DNA of 64,000 bases from positions 208,275 to 272,274 of the forward strand of contig JBNAUL010000002.1 of assembly GCA_049700835.1 (NCBI GenBank). The letters are read 5' to 3'. How positions within the stretch are numbered: the first letter of the stretch is position 1; each line of letters opens with the position of its first letter. The notes below the pieces were generated by a model. It searched no databases. It was not told where the DNA came from and saw only the letters and a list, made by a program, of their open reading frames with translations. Shown in pieces: positions 22,546 through 33,888 of the stretch. Source of the DNA: Candidatus Woesearchaeota archaeon. GTDB taxonomy: Archaea; Nanobdellota; Nanobdellia; Woesearchaeales; WAPY01. The position numbers and the translations under genes were made by a program.

Positions 22546-22773
22546 TTGAGAACAAAACCTTTTCTTATGCAGAAAAAGAGTAGGATAGTTTATTCAAACA
22601 GGAGAAAAATAAAGAAATACACCAGAATTCTATTAGGGCTTTTAATTATGCTCTTTGGCATTTGGCTTTTAAGTGTTTGGAAAGACGCTTTCTTGGATTT
22701 CCTTAAAGGGCTTGCGATTTTTTTAATAATTGCAGTTGCTCTGTCCCTAATATTTTTGAGTTGGGCTGATTAA
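22546..22773 (+). CDS. Small two-helix membrane protein, hypothetical
   Basis: 75 aa with two hydrophobic helices. It sits in an AT-rich intergenic region, so it may be spurious. Confidence 0.25.
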   Translation: MRTKPFLMQKKSRIVYSNRRKIKKYTRILLGLLIMLFGIWLLSVWKDAFLDFLKGLAIFLIIAVALSLIFLSWAD

Positions 22774-22871
22774 AACAGTTGCAAATAAAAAAAATGGCAA
22801 ATCAAAATGATTAAACAGCAAAAAACAAAACTTTTTTAAATAAAATCGCAATCTTTGGGGTGTGATTCAAA

Positions 22872-23168
22872 ATGGCAATGAGAATGGGAGGATTTAGGAG
22901 AAAAACGAGGAGAAAACTCTCAAAAGAAGAGGAGAACAAAGGTAAGATAGGATTAAAGAGATATTTTCAAGAGTTCAAGCAAGGTGATTATGCTGCAATA
23001 AAGATTGAACCTGCTGTTAAAGAGGGAATGCCAAGACCTGATTTTCAGGGAAAAACAGGCAGAATTGTTGGAAAACAAGGCAGTTGCTATTTGCTCTTAA
23101 TCAACGATTGCGGAAAATTGAAAAGGGTGTTAATACATCCTGTTCATCTTGTAAGAATAAAAAAATAA
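22872..23168 (+). CDS. rpl21e: 50S ribosomal protein L21e
   Basis: FQEFKQGDYAAIKIEPAVKEGMPRPDFQGKTGRIVGKQG matches the L21e core (..GDKV.I..DPS..KGMPH.RFHGKTG.V.G..G..). Confidence 0.8.
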   Translation: MAMRMGGFRRKTRRKLSKEEENKGKIGLKRYFQEFKQGDYAAIKIEPAVKEGMPRPDFQGKTGRIVGKQGSCYLLLINDCGKLKRVLIHPVHLVRIKK

Positions 23169-23195
23169 CTGCACAAAAAAGAAGGGGTGGTTTTA

Positions 23196-23561
23196 ATGGA
23201 AATCATTGAAGAAAAACCAATCAGTTGCGCAGAAGTCAAAGAAGAACTTTCAAAGAAAAAATCAGAAGATAATTTCAGAATCTTAAAAACAAAGGAATAC
23301 CTAGACATATTTACTCATATAAGCAAGAAAGAAGCAGAGGAGCTCTACAAAAAACTTGAGGAAGCAGGAATTCCAAGGATGAAGGATGCATTAATGATAA
23401 AGTTAATTGACTTGCTTCCTGAGGATGAAGAAGGAGTGAAAATACTTGTTGAAAGCTACAATGTAAGCGTAAGCAACCAAAACATAAAAAAGATTGTTGA
23501 AGTGGTAAAGGAATTCAAGGAAAAGCACATTGCAAAAGAGAAAACAAAAGAGAAAACATAA
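23196..23561 (+). CDS. rpoF: DNA-directed RNA polymerase subunit F (Rpo4)
   Basis: The ATG at 23196 follows a GGGGTGG Shine-Dalgarno. IKLIDLLPEDEEGVKILVESYNVSVSNQNIKKIVEVV parallels the Rpo4 signature ..IADILPED.D.LR.I......S.E....IL.IV. The conserved archaeal order rpl21e-rpoF-DUF655 supports the call. Confidence 0.65.
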   Translation: MEIIEEKPISCAEVKEELSKKKSEDNFRILKTKEYLDIFTHISKKEAEELYKKLEEAGIPRMKDALMIKLIDLLPEDEEGVKILVESYNVSVSNQNIKKIVEVVKEFKEKHIAKEKTKEKT

Positions 23562-23787
23562 AAAGATTTCTTTAATGAACAAGCGCTTACAAAAGTTTTA
23601 AATAATTAATCATATTTATTTTTTAATCACATTTAAAAACAATAAGTAAGAAAATCAAGCAAGGATCAATCAAGGCGAAAAATATTATCAAAAATAATCA
23701 AAAATAAATAATTAAAAAAATAATATTTAAATAAATATTCAAGGACAACATCAAAACATTAAAAATCATTAATGAATTGGGGGTAAA

Positions 23788-24369
23788 ATGGGAAAGGAAG
23801 AATACGCTATAATATTAGACTTTTTACCTAATGGATATTCATTTGATAACAGGCCGTTGTTTCAAAGAACTCCAATAGCCCAAGCAATTGGAGAGAACAA
23901 ATTCGCTTTGTTAGAGTTAGTTCCAAAAAAAGGAATTTTTTTGCAGCCCTTGGAAAGGGTTTATATTGGAGAGGAAAAGAGGGATAAAATACATCATATC
24001 TTAGGAAGGATAAATTATGAAAAACTAACATCAACAGCCCGTTCTGAACTTGAGTTTGCTGTGAAAGAGATTGTGAAGAACAATGAAAAGAGATTTGTTG
24101 AATTTTTTAACAACTCAACAGCCCTGACTACAAGAATGCATCAGCTTGAACTTCTACCAGGAATGGGAAAGAAGAGAATGTGGGAAATTTTGGAGGAGAG
24201 AAAAAACTCGCCTTTCCAAAGTTTTGAAGACATAAAACAGAGAATAAAATTGCTTCCTGATCCTGAAAAGCTTGTTGTGAACAGAATACTTGCTGAAATT
24301 CAGGAAGAGCAGAAGCACTATGTATTTGTTGAGCCGTATAAAAGGCACGATCAAAACAAAGAAGTGTAG
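23788..24369 (+). CDS. DUF655/COG1491 predicted RNA-binding protein with C-terminal helix-hairpin-helix, the conserved partner of rpoF
   Basis: 193 aa. N-terminal AIILDFLPNGY and C-terminal LELLPGMGKKRMWEILEER (an HhH motif). It sits at the gene-order position typical of archaea. Confidence 0.6.
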   Translation: MGKEEYAIILDFLPNGYSFDNRPLFQRTPIAQAIGENKFALLELVPKKGIFLQPLERVYIGEEKRDKIHHILGRINYEKLTSTARSELEFAVKEIVKNNEKRFVEFFNNSTALTTRMHQLELLPGMGKKRMWEILEERKNSPFQSFEDIKQRIKLLPDPEKLVVNRILAEIQEEQKHYVFVEPYKRHDQNKEV

Positions 24370-24556
24370 ATAAAAATTTAGATTAAATATAGAGAAAAAG
24401 TGCAAAATAGAAGGATGGGAAATAACAGAGAGCATTAAGAAAATAAGCAGAAGTTGCAAAAGGCAGCAGCGAAATAATGATAAAGCATAATAAAGAATTC
24501 TAAAGGTTTTTTAAAGCAAGTAAAATAGATAATAATAAAATCTAAAAAACAAAAAA

Positions 24557-25090
24557 CTAAAAAGCATAAATCTCTTCAAGAGCCAACTTGTCGAGTTCTT
24601 TTTTAAGCGCATTCATGTTGGCTTTCTTTAATTCCTTTGATTGAATCTTGTTGCTGAAAAAATCAACATTGCGTAGTTTGTAGTCCTTGATAGAATAATA
24701 GCACTTAACTATGATTTTCATAAAATTTTTTTGAATTTCAAGTTCAAGAGGGGTCTTATAGAGCTTTTCATCTATAAAGGAATTATAAGACAACAATAAC
24801 ATTTGGCAGATATGGTTCTTTGTGTGGTTGTTTCTGTTGTTCTTTGCACTGTTGTGATTTTTTTGAATTGAATATTCATAATTTTTCATATTGTACAAAA
24901 AATCTCCCTGCGTGTATTTCGTAATTGAAATGAAGTCCTTGTTTTCAAACTCCTCTATGTATTGCTTTTCAGACACAAGCTTTTCCAAGTCGTCAACGCT
25001 CTTTATTCTGTTCTTATTAAAAAAATTCAGAACATTCTTTACAATGGACTTCACTTCCTCGCATCTGATTCTTTTTTCATTGATTAGCAT
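24557..25090 (-). CDS. Hypothetical protein
   Basis: 177-aa ORF. It is not GyrA-like. Confidence 0.3.
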   Translation of the reverse strand: MLINEKRIRCEEVKSIVKNVLNFFNKNRIKSVDDLEKLVSEKQYIEEFENKDFISITKYTQGDFLYNMKNYEYSIQKNHNSAKNNRNNHTKNHICQMLLLSYNSFIDEKLYKTPLELEIQKNFMKIIVKCYYSIKDYKLRNVDFFSNKIQSKELKKANMNALKKELDKLALEEIYAF

Positions 25091-25134
25091 AAACCACCAC
25101 AGATAAAAATTATTTTAGCATTTTGCTTTTTTGA

Positions 25135-27111
<1,977 letters not shown>

Positions 27112-27343
27112 TCAATTCCTAACCATAAAAATCTTAACTAACTTTTGTTCAACCTGAACTCAATTTTGGGAGAATTATTGCGCTTTTTCCCGAGAGAAAA
27201 AATGGTTTTCGGCTTTAAAAAACTTTCGGTTTTTTTGCATGAAAAATTTCATAAAAAAACTGGTTTTTTTAGAAGGAAAAATAAAAAAATTCTTGTAATA
27301 TTTTTTTGAATTCAATGAGAAAACAAGATAAAAAAACTGAATT

Positions 27344-27811
27344 TTAATCTACCATCTGCTTAACAATGTCCTCAAGGTTCATTTCTTTATGATTTTTTTC
27401 AGGTGTAAAATGTATAGTAGCAACCTGCTTGAATGTGCTTTTTGGTTCAAGATAGATGCAGAGCTCATTGTATACATTTGAACCATCATTTTCTCCTCTG
27501 CAGCTGTGAAAATCCAATATAGCAGAATTGAATTCAGGGTATGTTGAAAATTGCAGTCCTGATTCAAGAAAGATTATATCTATTGAAACCGCTTTGTAAT
27601 GCTTTGGGCTCTTAACTTTAAAAACTGATTTTCTTACAATATGAAAACCGTCTTCCTTCAAGGATTTTATTATTGTTCTATATATTTGCTTTGCATTTCT
27701 AAGTTTTTCATCAGCAACATCATAAAAGAGCGCAATCAGATGGGTGCCAATCTCCTTGGCAAAATACTGGTCTTCTTGCTTGGAAATGATTTTTTGGGTT
27801 TCATTTATCAT
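27344..27811 (-). CDS. Hypothetical protein
   Basis: 155-aa ORF with no recognised motifs. Confidence 0.3.
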   Translation of the reverse strand: MINETQKIISKQEDQYFAKEIGTHLIALFYDVADEKLRNAKQIYRTIIKSLKEDGFHIVRKSVFKVKSPKHYKAVSIDIIFLESGLQFSTYPEFNSAILDFHSCRGENDGSNVYNELCIYLEPKSTFKQVATIHFTPEKNHKEMNLEDIVKQMVD

Positions 27812-28072
27812 TGAAAAATTCCTTATGAAAAATTCATTTTCGTAAATAAGATACTTCCTAAAAAGACTGCCATATATTTAAACCACCTCCTAATGATCAA
27901 TGAAAGTGCAAAAAAAGCAAAAATGCTCAACAAATGCTCAATAGTCCGTTTGTTTATTCAAAATTTAAATTTTTTTAACAACTTTGGAAAAATGAATGTT
28001 GGCAAACAATCTTTTGATTTTTTCAAAACTTATAACAACAGCAAACCAGTATAGCAAACCAAGCAAACCAAA

Positions 28073-28082
28073 TATTTAAATA
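28073..28082 (+). promoter_or_regulatory. Candidate archaeal TATA box (TATTTAAATA) about 25 bp upstream of the 28105 ORF; implies a leaderless transcript
   Basis: A TTTAWATA-like element sits at the expected -26 spacing from the ATG at 28106. No Shine-Dalgarno is present between them. Confidence 0.25.
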
Positions 28083-28104
28083 TGTATGAAATATTTATTG
28101 TTCT

Positions 28105-28707
28105 ATGAAGTTGTCAGACAAGATAGTTGCATTCGGAATAGCGATACTGCTTACAATCTTAGTGTTCTTATTAATAGATTTTGTTTATCCACAACCAAAC
28201 AATTATTATGATTACTATAATGACTGCTATTACAGGTTCAATTGCGACAAATCGCTTATTGATTGCGAAAGAATGTTTGAGCAACACTCCATAGATTATG
28301 AAGCAAGAGTTAACGAGTGCAGGAATGAAATTTTAAAAAGCGAAGAGTATAGGAAGTGCTTAAATGAGCAAAACTTGTGCAGTCAAGAAAGTTTTAGGAA
28401 TAGCGCTTTTTACGCTTATTCTAAAATAAGCTTTTTAATATTGGTCGTCATTGGGGTAATATTAATACTAACAAGCATGTTTTTGATTTTTGTTGATGCA
28501 ATAAGAGCAGGTTTCATGCTAAGCGGAATAATGGTAATCATAATTTCAACATTGAAGAGCTGGAGTTATTTGATGTACAACAAAGGATTGAGCATTTTCA
28601 TGATTCTCTTGGCGCTTCTTCTCCTGATTTTTTATTCTTATAAAAATAACATTCAAAATAACATTTTTGGAAAGGTTGTCAAAACCAAGGAATTCAAAAA
28701 GATTTGA
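28105..28707 (+). CDS. Membrane protein with a Cys-rich extracytoplasmic segment, hypothetical
   Basis: 200 aa. One N-terminal and 3-4 C-terminal hydrophobic helices flank a segment with 8 Cys residues. Confidence 0.35.
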   Translation: MKLSDKIVAFGIAILLTILVFLLIDFVYPQPNNYYDYYNDCYYRFNCDKSLIDCERMFEQHSIDYEARVNECRNEILKSEEYRKCLNEQNLCSQESFRNSAFYAYSKISFLILVVIGVILILTSMFLIFVDAIRAGFMLSGIMVIIISTLKSWSYLMYNKGLSIFMILLALLLLIFYSYKNNIQNNIFGKVVKTKEFKKI

Positions 28708-28903
28708 TAAAGTTCCAAAGAGAACATTTAGAAAAAATAAATAAAATTATAATAAATAAATAATTATAAATTATAATAGAACCATAAAGGCAATAAGGAT
28801 TATGCAAAGAATTCTGCAGCAAAATCTCAAAAAGGTTTTTTATAAAAGTTTTGCATCATTTTTAAGCATAAAGTTTATTAATGCAGTTTGAAACATTAGA
28901 GCT

Positions 28904-29341
28904 ATGCTTTGGAAATTGCCTCCAGGAGTTAAAGTTTTGGAAGCATTGGGCTGCATTGGAGACAACAGAATAGTAATGAAGGATAAAAACAGGGCTGTTG
29001 TTTTTTCTTCTGAGAGAAAAAGGGCTTATCTTGTTGTTTTTTATCCTGAAAAAAATAAGGTTTATAGCGATGACAATGCTTCAAAATTTCGGCATTACAT
29101 TGGTTATCCAATAATTGCTTTTTTTATGAAAAACAAGATTATAGACTATGACAAAAAACTTGCTGACAATCTAAAAGGCATAAATTGGCATAAATTAAAC
29201 TTGGATTTTAAGAGAGACTATCAGAAAGTTGAAGCATACATTGAAGAACTTTGCGAGAAAAAAGGAATAAATAGGGAGTTTGTTGAAGAGGAAATAAAGA
29301 GAACGCTTAAAAGGCTTGAGGAGCTAAAACTTGAGTATTAG
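28904..29341 (+). CDS. Hypothetical protein
   Basis: 145-aa ORF with no recognised motifs. Confidence 0.3.
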   Translation: MLWKLPPGVKVLEALGCIGDNRIVMKDKNRAVVFSSERKRAYLVVFYPEKNKVYSDDNASKFRHYIGYPIIAFFMKNKIIDYDKKLADNLKGINWHKLNLDFKRDYQKVEAYIEELCEKKGINREFVEEEIKRTLKRLEELKLEY

Positions 29342-29430
29342 AACTAAAAAATCAGCGAAAAACAAAAAGAAAAATTAAAAATAAAAAACAAATAAATAAA
29401 AACAAAAAAAATTAAAATAAATAAAAAAAG

Positions 29431-29724
29431 ATGAAAATAAAGAAAACCAACAAATCTGAGAATTCTGCCGAAAATGAATTTTTAACTGAGGATAAAGATT
29501 TGGAAGGACTCAGCATTGCAGAGTTAAGGGAAAGAATAAAGAGTTTAGAAGAAATCATGCGCGCTGAAATTGAAAGGAGAGATTCTATTATTGAAGATTT
29601 GAAAAAGAAAAATGAAGTCCTGCTTAAAACCGCTCTAAAGCAGTCGATGAAAAATGAGGAGTTGAAGAGCTTGTTCGAGCAGATTAAGAGCAAAAAGAAC
29701 GATGACAAGAAAAAGAACGAGTGA
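29431..29724 (+). CDS. Small coiled-coil protein, hypothetical
   Basis: 97 aa with charged heptad-like repeats. The antisense ORF 29412-29708 is low-complexity and was rejected. Confidence 0.3.
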   Translation: MKIKKTNKSENSAENEFLTEDKDLEGLSIAELRERIKSLEEIMRAEIERRDSIIEDLKKKNEVLLKTALKQSMKNEELKSLFEQIKSKKNDDKKKNE

Positions 29725-29794
29725 GAACAAGCGATTTTTCAATTCATTATTTTATTATTAATTCTATATTATTTATTATTAATTAAATTATGCT

Positions 29795-30676
29795 TTATGC
29801 TTTTAGGTTTATCATCTTGTAAACGAGCTTTGCAAGAGCATATGCCTCAGAAGCATAGTTGTAAAAACTTCCCTTTGGTGAGAATTCTGTAATATCCGCT
29901 CCAATTACATTTTTATTTTTAAAAATAATCTTCAATGCAGAAATCACTTGATTCCAAGAAAAACCTCCTGGTTCAGGAGTTCCAACGAACCTTATTAGTG
30001 AAGGGTCAAAGACATCTGCGTCAATTGAAAGGTAAACATCCTCTTCAAGGTTTTCCAAAGTGCTCTCAAGTTTTTCAATAGAAAATTCATCTGCTCTAAG
30101 CATAACAATGTTCTTGTTCTTTTCAGAGAATTCAATCTCAGAATCATCAGCGCTTCTAATGCCTAATATCAATGTCTTGTGCTTTGCTGCTGTTCTCCTT
30201 GCAACGCAAGCATGGTTGCAAGTAGAATTGTTCCAAGAGTATCTGAGATCAGCGTGCGCATCAAAAATTATTACTGAAAATTTCTTTTTAAATCTTTCAA
30301 AAGCATCCGCAACTCCTATTGTAATTGAGTGATCTCCTCCAAGAACTACTAAAAATTTGCCTTTTGAGTAATAATCGCTCTTTTCAAGCACTCTTTGAAC
30401 TTCAAGAGATATCTTTTCAACAGCATGTTCTTGCTTTTCCAGCTTTCCTCTTATCTTTATTCTTTTTAGGGTTCTTATTCCATTTAAGAACCCTTGTTTT
30501 TTCAATTCAACATCATAGTATTCAAGTTCAGAAGACGCTTTGATTATCTTATCGCATCCATAGCTTGCTCCTCTTAAAAAACTCACTTTGCCTTCATAAT
30601 TTATAGGCAGTATTAAGAATTTTGACTCTTTGCCAGAATATTCCCTTGGCAGGTTCATGAAATTAATTTTTCTCAT
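29795..30676 (-). CDS. speB: Agmatinase / arginase-family ureohydrolase
   Basis: Mn-binding motifs GGDHSIT, DAHADL and SIDADVFDP. 293 aa. Confidence 0.75.
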   Translation of the reverse strand: MRKINFMNLPREYSGKESKFLILPINYEGKVSFLRGASYGCDKIIKASSELEYYDVELKKQGFLNGIRTLKRIKIRGKLEKQEHAVEKISLEVQRVLEKSDYYSKGKFLVVLGGDHSITIGVADAFERFKKKFSVIIFDAHADLRYSWNNSTCNHACVARRTAAKHKTLILGIRSADDSEIEFSEKNKNIVMLRADEFSIEKLESTLENLEEDVYLSIDADVFDPSLIRFVGTPEPGGFSWNQVISALKIIFKNKNVIGADITEFSPKGSFYNYASEAYALAKLVYKMINLKA

Positions 30677-30787
30677 TTTAAAGCATATTTAAGCATCTGT
30701 TAAAATCTCTTCTTTGTTATTTTTTAAATCTTTTAATTTTAAATCTTGCTATTCAACAAAATTCTTCTTTGTTTAAAATACTTGTGT

Positions 30788-31855
30788 TCAATCCACTGTT
30801 CTTGTTTCCAATTTTTCCAAACCGCAAAAATCAGTTGCGTAGTTGTAAGCGCCTGCATTCAAAAAAACAATTTTATCCCCAACTTTTTTTTCAGGAAGAT
30901 AAACTTTATACCTGAATATGTCCATTGAATCGTTTGTGCATCCTTTTATAACATAAGGAATTGCATTTCGTTCTTCGAACTGCCCTTTGTTGAACTGATT
31001 TTCTTCAAGTTCTCCTTCCACCAGCAATCTAAGATTTAAAACAAATGTGTCCATTGCTGCGTTGAATACTGAACAATTAACAATGATGTTGTTTTCATAA
31101 ATCGCTATTATCTCGCACTCAAGTTTGACTGCAGAAGCTGCTATGAACCTTCCTGGTTCAATTATCAACTTTATTCCTCTGCTATTGGCCCATTCCCTGA
31201 ATTCATTTATCCTGTTAAAAATTGATTCGAGGTGTTTTAACTCGTAATTCTTGTAACGCGAAGGCAAACCTCCTCCAATGTTTATGAAATCAACGCTCTC
31301 AAGAGTTTCCTTAGAGAGAACTTCCTCAACATCGTTTATCAATGACCACTCAGCAACATTCTGAGTTTTTCTGTGAAAGTGAATTCCTAAAGAATTTATG
31401 TTCTCGTTCTTTCTAAGATTTGGAATTATTGAGTTCATTTGCTCAGCGCTCATGCCAAAAACAAAGTGCTTTCCAGTGTGCATTGTCTTTTCCTTTATTT
31501 TTACCCTTAAAAAGAGATTTATCTTTACGCTCTTCAATTTTGAAAAACAGAGCAATGTGTCTAAGTCAAATTTGTTGTCAACGATGAAGTTCTCAACTCC
31601 TATGCTAAAAATCTCTTCCAAATCGTCAAAACTTGCTGCCTGCAAATAATAAAAAATCCTTTTTGAGGATTCTCTCTTAAGCATTCTTAGGGATTTCAAG
31701 GATTCAACTGTAAAATAAGAATCTGTTTCTGATTCCAGTATTTTTCCAACTTCTGTGTTTGTCTTAAAGCTGTATGAAACTATATCTGCGATGCCTTTAA
31801 CTTTGTAATAGTTCTCCAAAACCTTTGACTTTAACAACAAAAATCTCGCTTTCAT
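30788..31855 (-). CDS. PLP-dependent fold-type III (alanine-racemase-like) basic-amino-acid decarboxylase; from context probably arginine (or ornithine) decarboxylase
   Basis: YSFKTN (PLP-lysine motif, cf. YAVKAN), a GGG(L/F)P glycine loop (IGGGLPSRY), and C-terminal NAGAYNYA (cf. GAY) are present. The gene is adjacent to agmatinase and deoxyhypusine synthase. Confidence 0.7.
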   Translation of the reverse strand: MKARFLLLKSKVLENYYKVKGIADIVSYSFKTNTEVGKILESETDSYFTVESLKSLRMLKRESSKRIFYYLQAASFDDLEEIFSIGVENFIVDNKFDLDTLLCFSKLKSVKINLFLRVKIKEKTMHTGKHFVFGMSAEQMNSIIPNLRKNENINSLGIHFHRKTQNVAEWSLINDVEEVLSKETLESVDFINIGGGLPSRYKNYELKHLESIFNRINEFREWANSRGIKLIIEPGRFIAASAVKLECEIIAIYENNIIVNCSVFNAAMDTFVLNLRLLVEGELEENQFNKGQFEERNAIPYVIKGCTNDSMDIFRYKVYLPEKKVGDKIVFLNAGAYNYATDFCGLEKLETRTVD

Positions 31856-31893
31856 TTTTCTTTCATTTTTTTATTTTTTTTTCTCTTGAAAAT

Positions 31894-32847
31894 TTAATCT
31901 GAGTTTATTATTTTATCCCTGAAAAGTTCTTCAAAAACAGGAATTATGACTAATGGAAATATTATCGTTGCATCTCCTATCATCGTTACTGCCTCTGAAT
32001 CGTCCTTAATCTTTCCCCAACTCTTTGCTTCGTTTGTAGTTGCGCTGCTCATGCTTCCTGATTCTTGGTGAGATGTTGTTATGTAAACAGCATAATCCAA
32101 GCCACCATTCAGCAGACAAGCCAAGAGCGCGTGATGCTTTGAAACCCCTCCTCCCAAAGCAATAACCCCTTTTTTGTCGTCTTGGCTTACAAACAAAACA
32201 ATTCTTTTAAAATCATCCACAACATCAACTACAAAGTCATTGTGCTTCTGCTGAAGCATAAACAAATGAAATCCAAGAGCGCTGTCTGTTATTGCAGGGC
32301 AAAAAACAGGGACATTGTTCTTTGCTGCTTGATAGAGTATTGAGTTTTTGTCTTTAAGCATTAAACCAAACTCCATTAGCATCTCTGAAACACTCCACCT
32401 ATGCTTTTTCTCGTATAATTTCATAAGCATTGCATTTATCAAATCCTCAAATTTCTCATAGCTCTCGTTCGTTATTATCAGGTTTCCTATTCTATTCATC
32501 CCGTCTTCATAGAGTTTTAGATCGTCTGCATTGTAATCTGTTATAAGAAATTCCTCTGAATTCGCTTTCATTATATCTTCTTCAATTCCACCTGCTGTTG
32601 TTACAATTGCATCTACAAGCCCTAATCTTATCATTTGGGCAAACAATCCTCTTAATCCAGAAGTAACTAAGTTTGAACTGAATGTCAGAAATATCTTTGC
32701 TCCTGATTTTTTCATGCTAAGTATTATTTCAGAAGCTCTCTTTATGTTTATGCTCTGAAATCCAACGCTTGAGAGCGAATTTACAAACTCTTCAACACTC
32801 ATTCCATTTTTCCAGATAAAATCCTTGACAACTTTCATTATGCTCAC
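31894..32847 (-). CDS. dys: Deoxyhypusine synthase
   Basis: FSSNLVTSGLRG, VTTAGGIEEDI, FCPAITDSALG, GGGVSKHH and EAKSWGKI match the conserved DHS blocks. Confidence 0.85.
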   Translation of the reverse strand: MSIMKVVKDFIWKNGMSVEEFVNSLSSVGFQSINIKRASEIILSMKKSGAKIFLTFSSNLVTSGLRGLFAQMIRLGLVDAIVTTAGGIEEDIMKANSEEFLITDYNADDLKLYEDGMNRIGNLIITNESYEKFEDLINAMLMKLYEKKHRWSVSEMLMEFGLMLKDKNSILYQAAKNNVPVFCPAITDSALGFHLFMLQQKHNDFVVDVVDDFKRIVLFVSQDDKKGVIALGGGVSKHHALLACLLNGGLDYAVYITTSHQESGSMSSATTNEAKSWGKIKDDSEAVTMIGDATIIFPLVIIPVFEELFRDKIINSD

Positions 32848-33132
32848 CCTAAATCTTAACTTAAAACTCTCTTTGGCATTTTTGAGATTTAGAAAATTTT
32901 TATGAAAAACAATCTTTTTAGAGTAATAATTAAATTTTTAATCAGAAAAAGAATTTTTTAAGAGCTAGCTCTAACAGAATCATAATTCACAATTAAAATA
33001 AAGCACTTGGCGTTCATAGCATTCATAGTATAGCTAAGTTTTTTGAGCTGATTTATAAAACTTTCTAAAACAATAAAAATTATAAGAATTATATAAAAAG
33101 AAATTAAATACTTTATTGACTGACAATATTCT

Positions 33133-33777
33133 ATGATTAAGGGAGTTGCATTTGATGCAGGAGGAGTTTTGTTAGTTACAGGAGAAACAAGTTTAAAAAC
33201 AGAAAATTTATTTAAAAAATATTTTCCAGAAATAAGGTATGAGCGTTACATGAAAAATTTTAGGAGATTCAAAAATAAAGCTCAGAAAATAAAGGGATAT
33301 TCCTTTAAAACTGCTGTTGAGGAATGCTTAAAATCATTAGGCATCAAGGATAAAAAAAGAATAAGGGCTTTCAGCAATAGAATTATAAGAATAAAACCAA
33401 AAATAATAAGAGGTTGCAGGGAATTGTTTGAATTCATAAAAAGAAAAAAATTAAAAATAATTATTTTGAGTGACACACATAATACGAGTTCAAGCGCTCG
33501 GAAGTTCTTTAAACTCAAGAACAAAAAAATCTCAGAAATGATTGATTTTATAATAACTTCAAAGGATGTTGGATGCAAGAAGCCCTGCTCTAAAATACTA
33601 AGGTATGCTTGCAAAAAGTCAGGGCTGAAGAGAGAAGAAATTCTCTTCATAAGTGACAGCATGGAAGAGATTTCAGGGGCAAGAATTTTTGGGTTTAAAA
33701 CGATTTTGTTCTCAAACAAAAACATAAGCAATGCTCTTTATCTAAAACCCATAATTGAAAAATATCTTCACTCGTAA
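33133..33777 (+). CDS. HAD-superfamily hydrolase
   Basis: Motif I VAFDAGGVL (DxG variant, Dx(D/A)G), and a C-terminal SD..E/D motif (ISDSMEE). Confidence 0.55.
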   Translation: MIKGVAFDAGGVLLVTGETSLKTENLFKKYFPEIRYERYMKNFRRFKNKAQKIKGYSFKTAVEECLKSLGIKDKKRIRAFSNRIIRIKPKIIRGCRELFEFIKRKKLKIIILSDTHNTSSSARKFFKLKNKKISEMIDFIITSKDVGCKKPCSKILRYACKKSGLKREEILFISDSMEEISGARIFGFKTILFSNKNISNALYLKPIIEKYLHS

Positions 33778-33888
33778 ATTTTCATTGATGAATAAAAAAT
33801 AGATGAGAAACAAAAAAACAGACAAGAAACAGACAAGAAACAAATTTTATAAAATTAAAATCCTAAATTTATTTTTTAAGTTCTCTTT

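Noticed and set aside
27170-27300. Three A6-N-(C)TGGTTTTT(T) modules between gyrB and the upstream ORF as a possible repeat element
   Set aside because: They are better explained as oligo-T/oligo-A transcription terminator tracts for the convergent or adjacent genes in an AT-rich genome. There is no evidence they form a discrete element.
29412-29708. 98-aa ORF antisense to the coiled-coil ORF
   Set aside because: Poly-F/S/L low-complexity product, a mirror of a GAA/AAG-rich coding strand.
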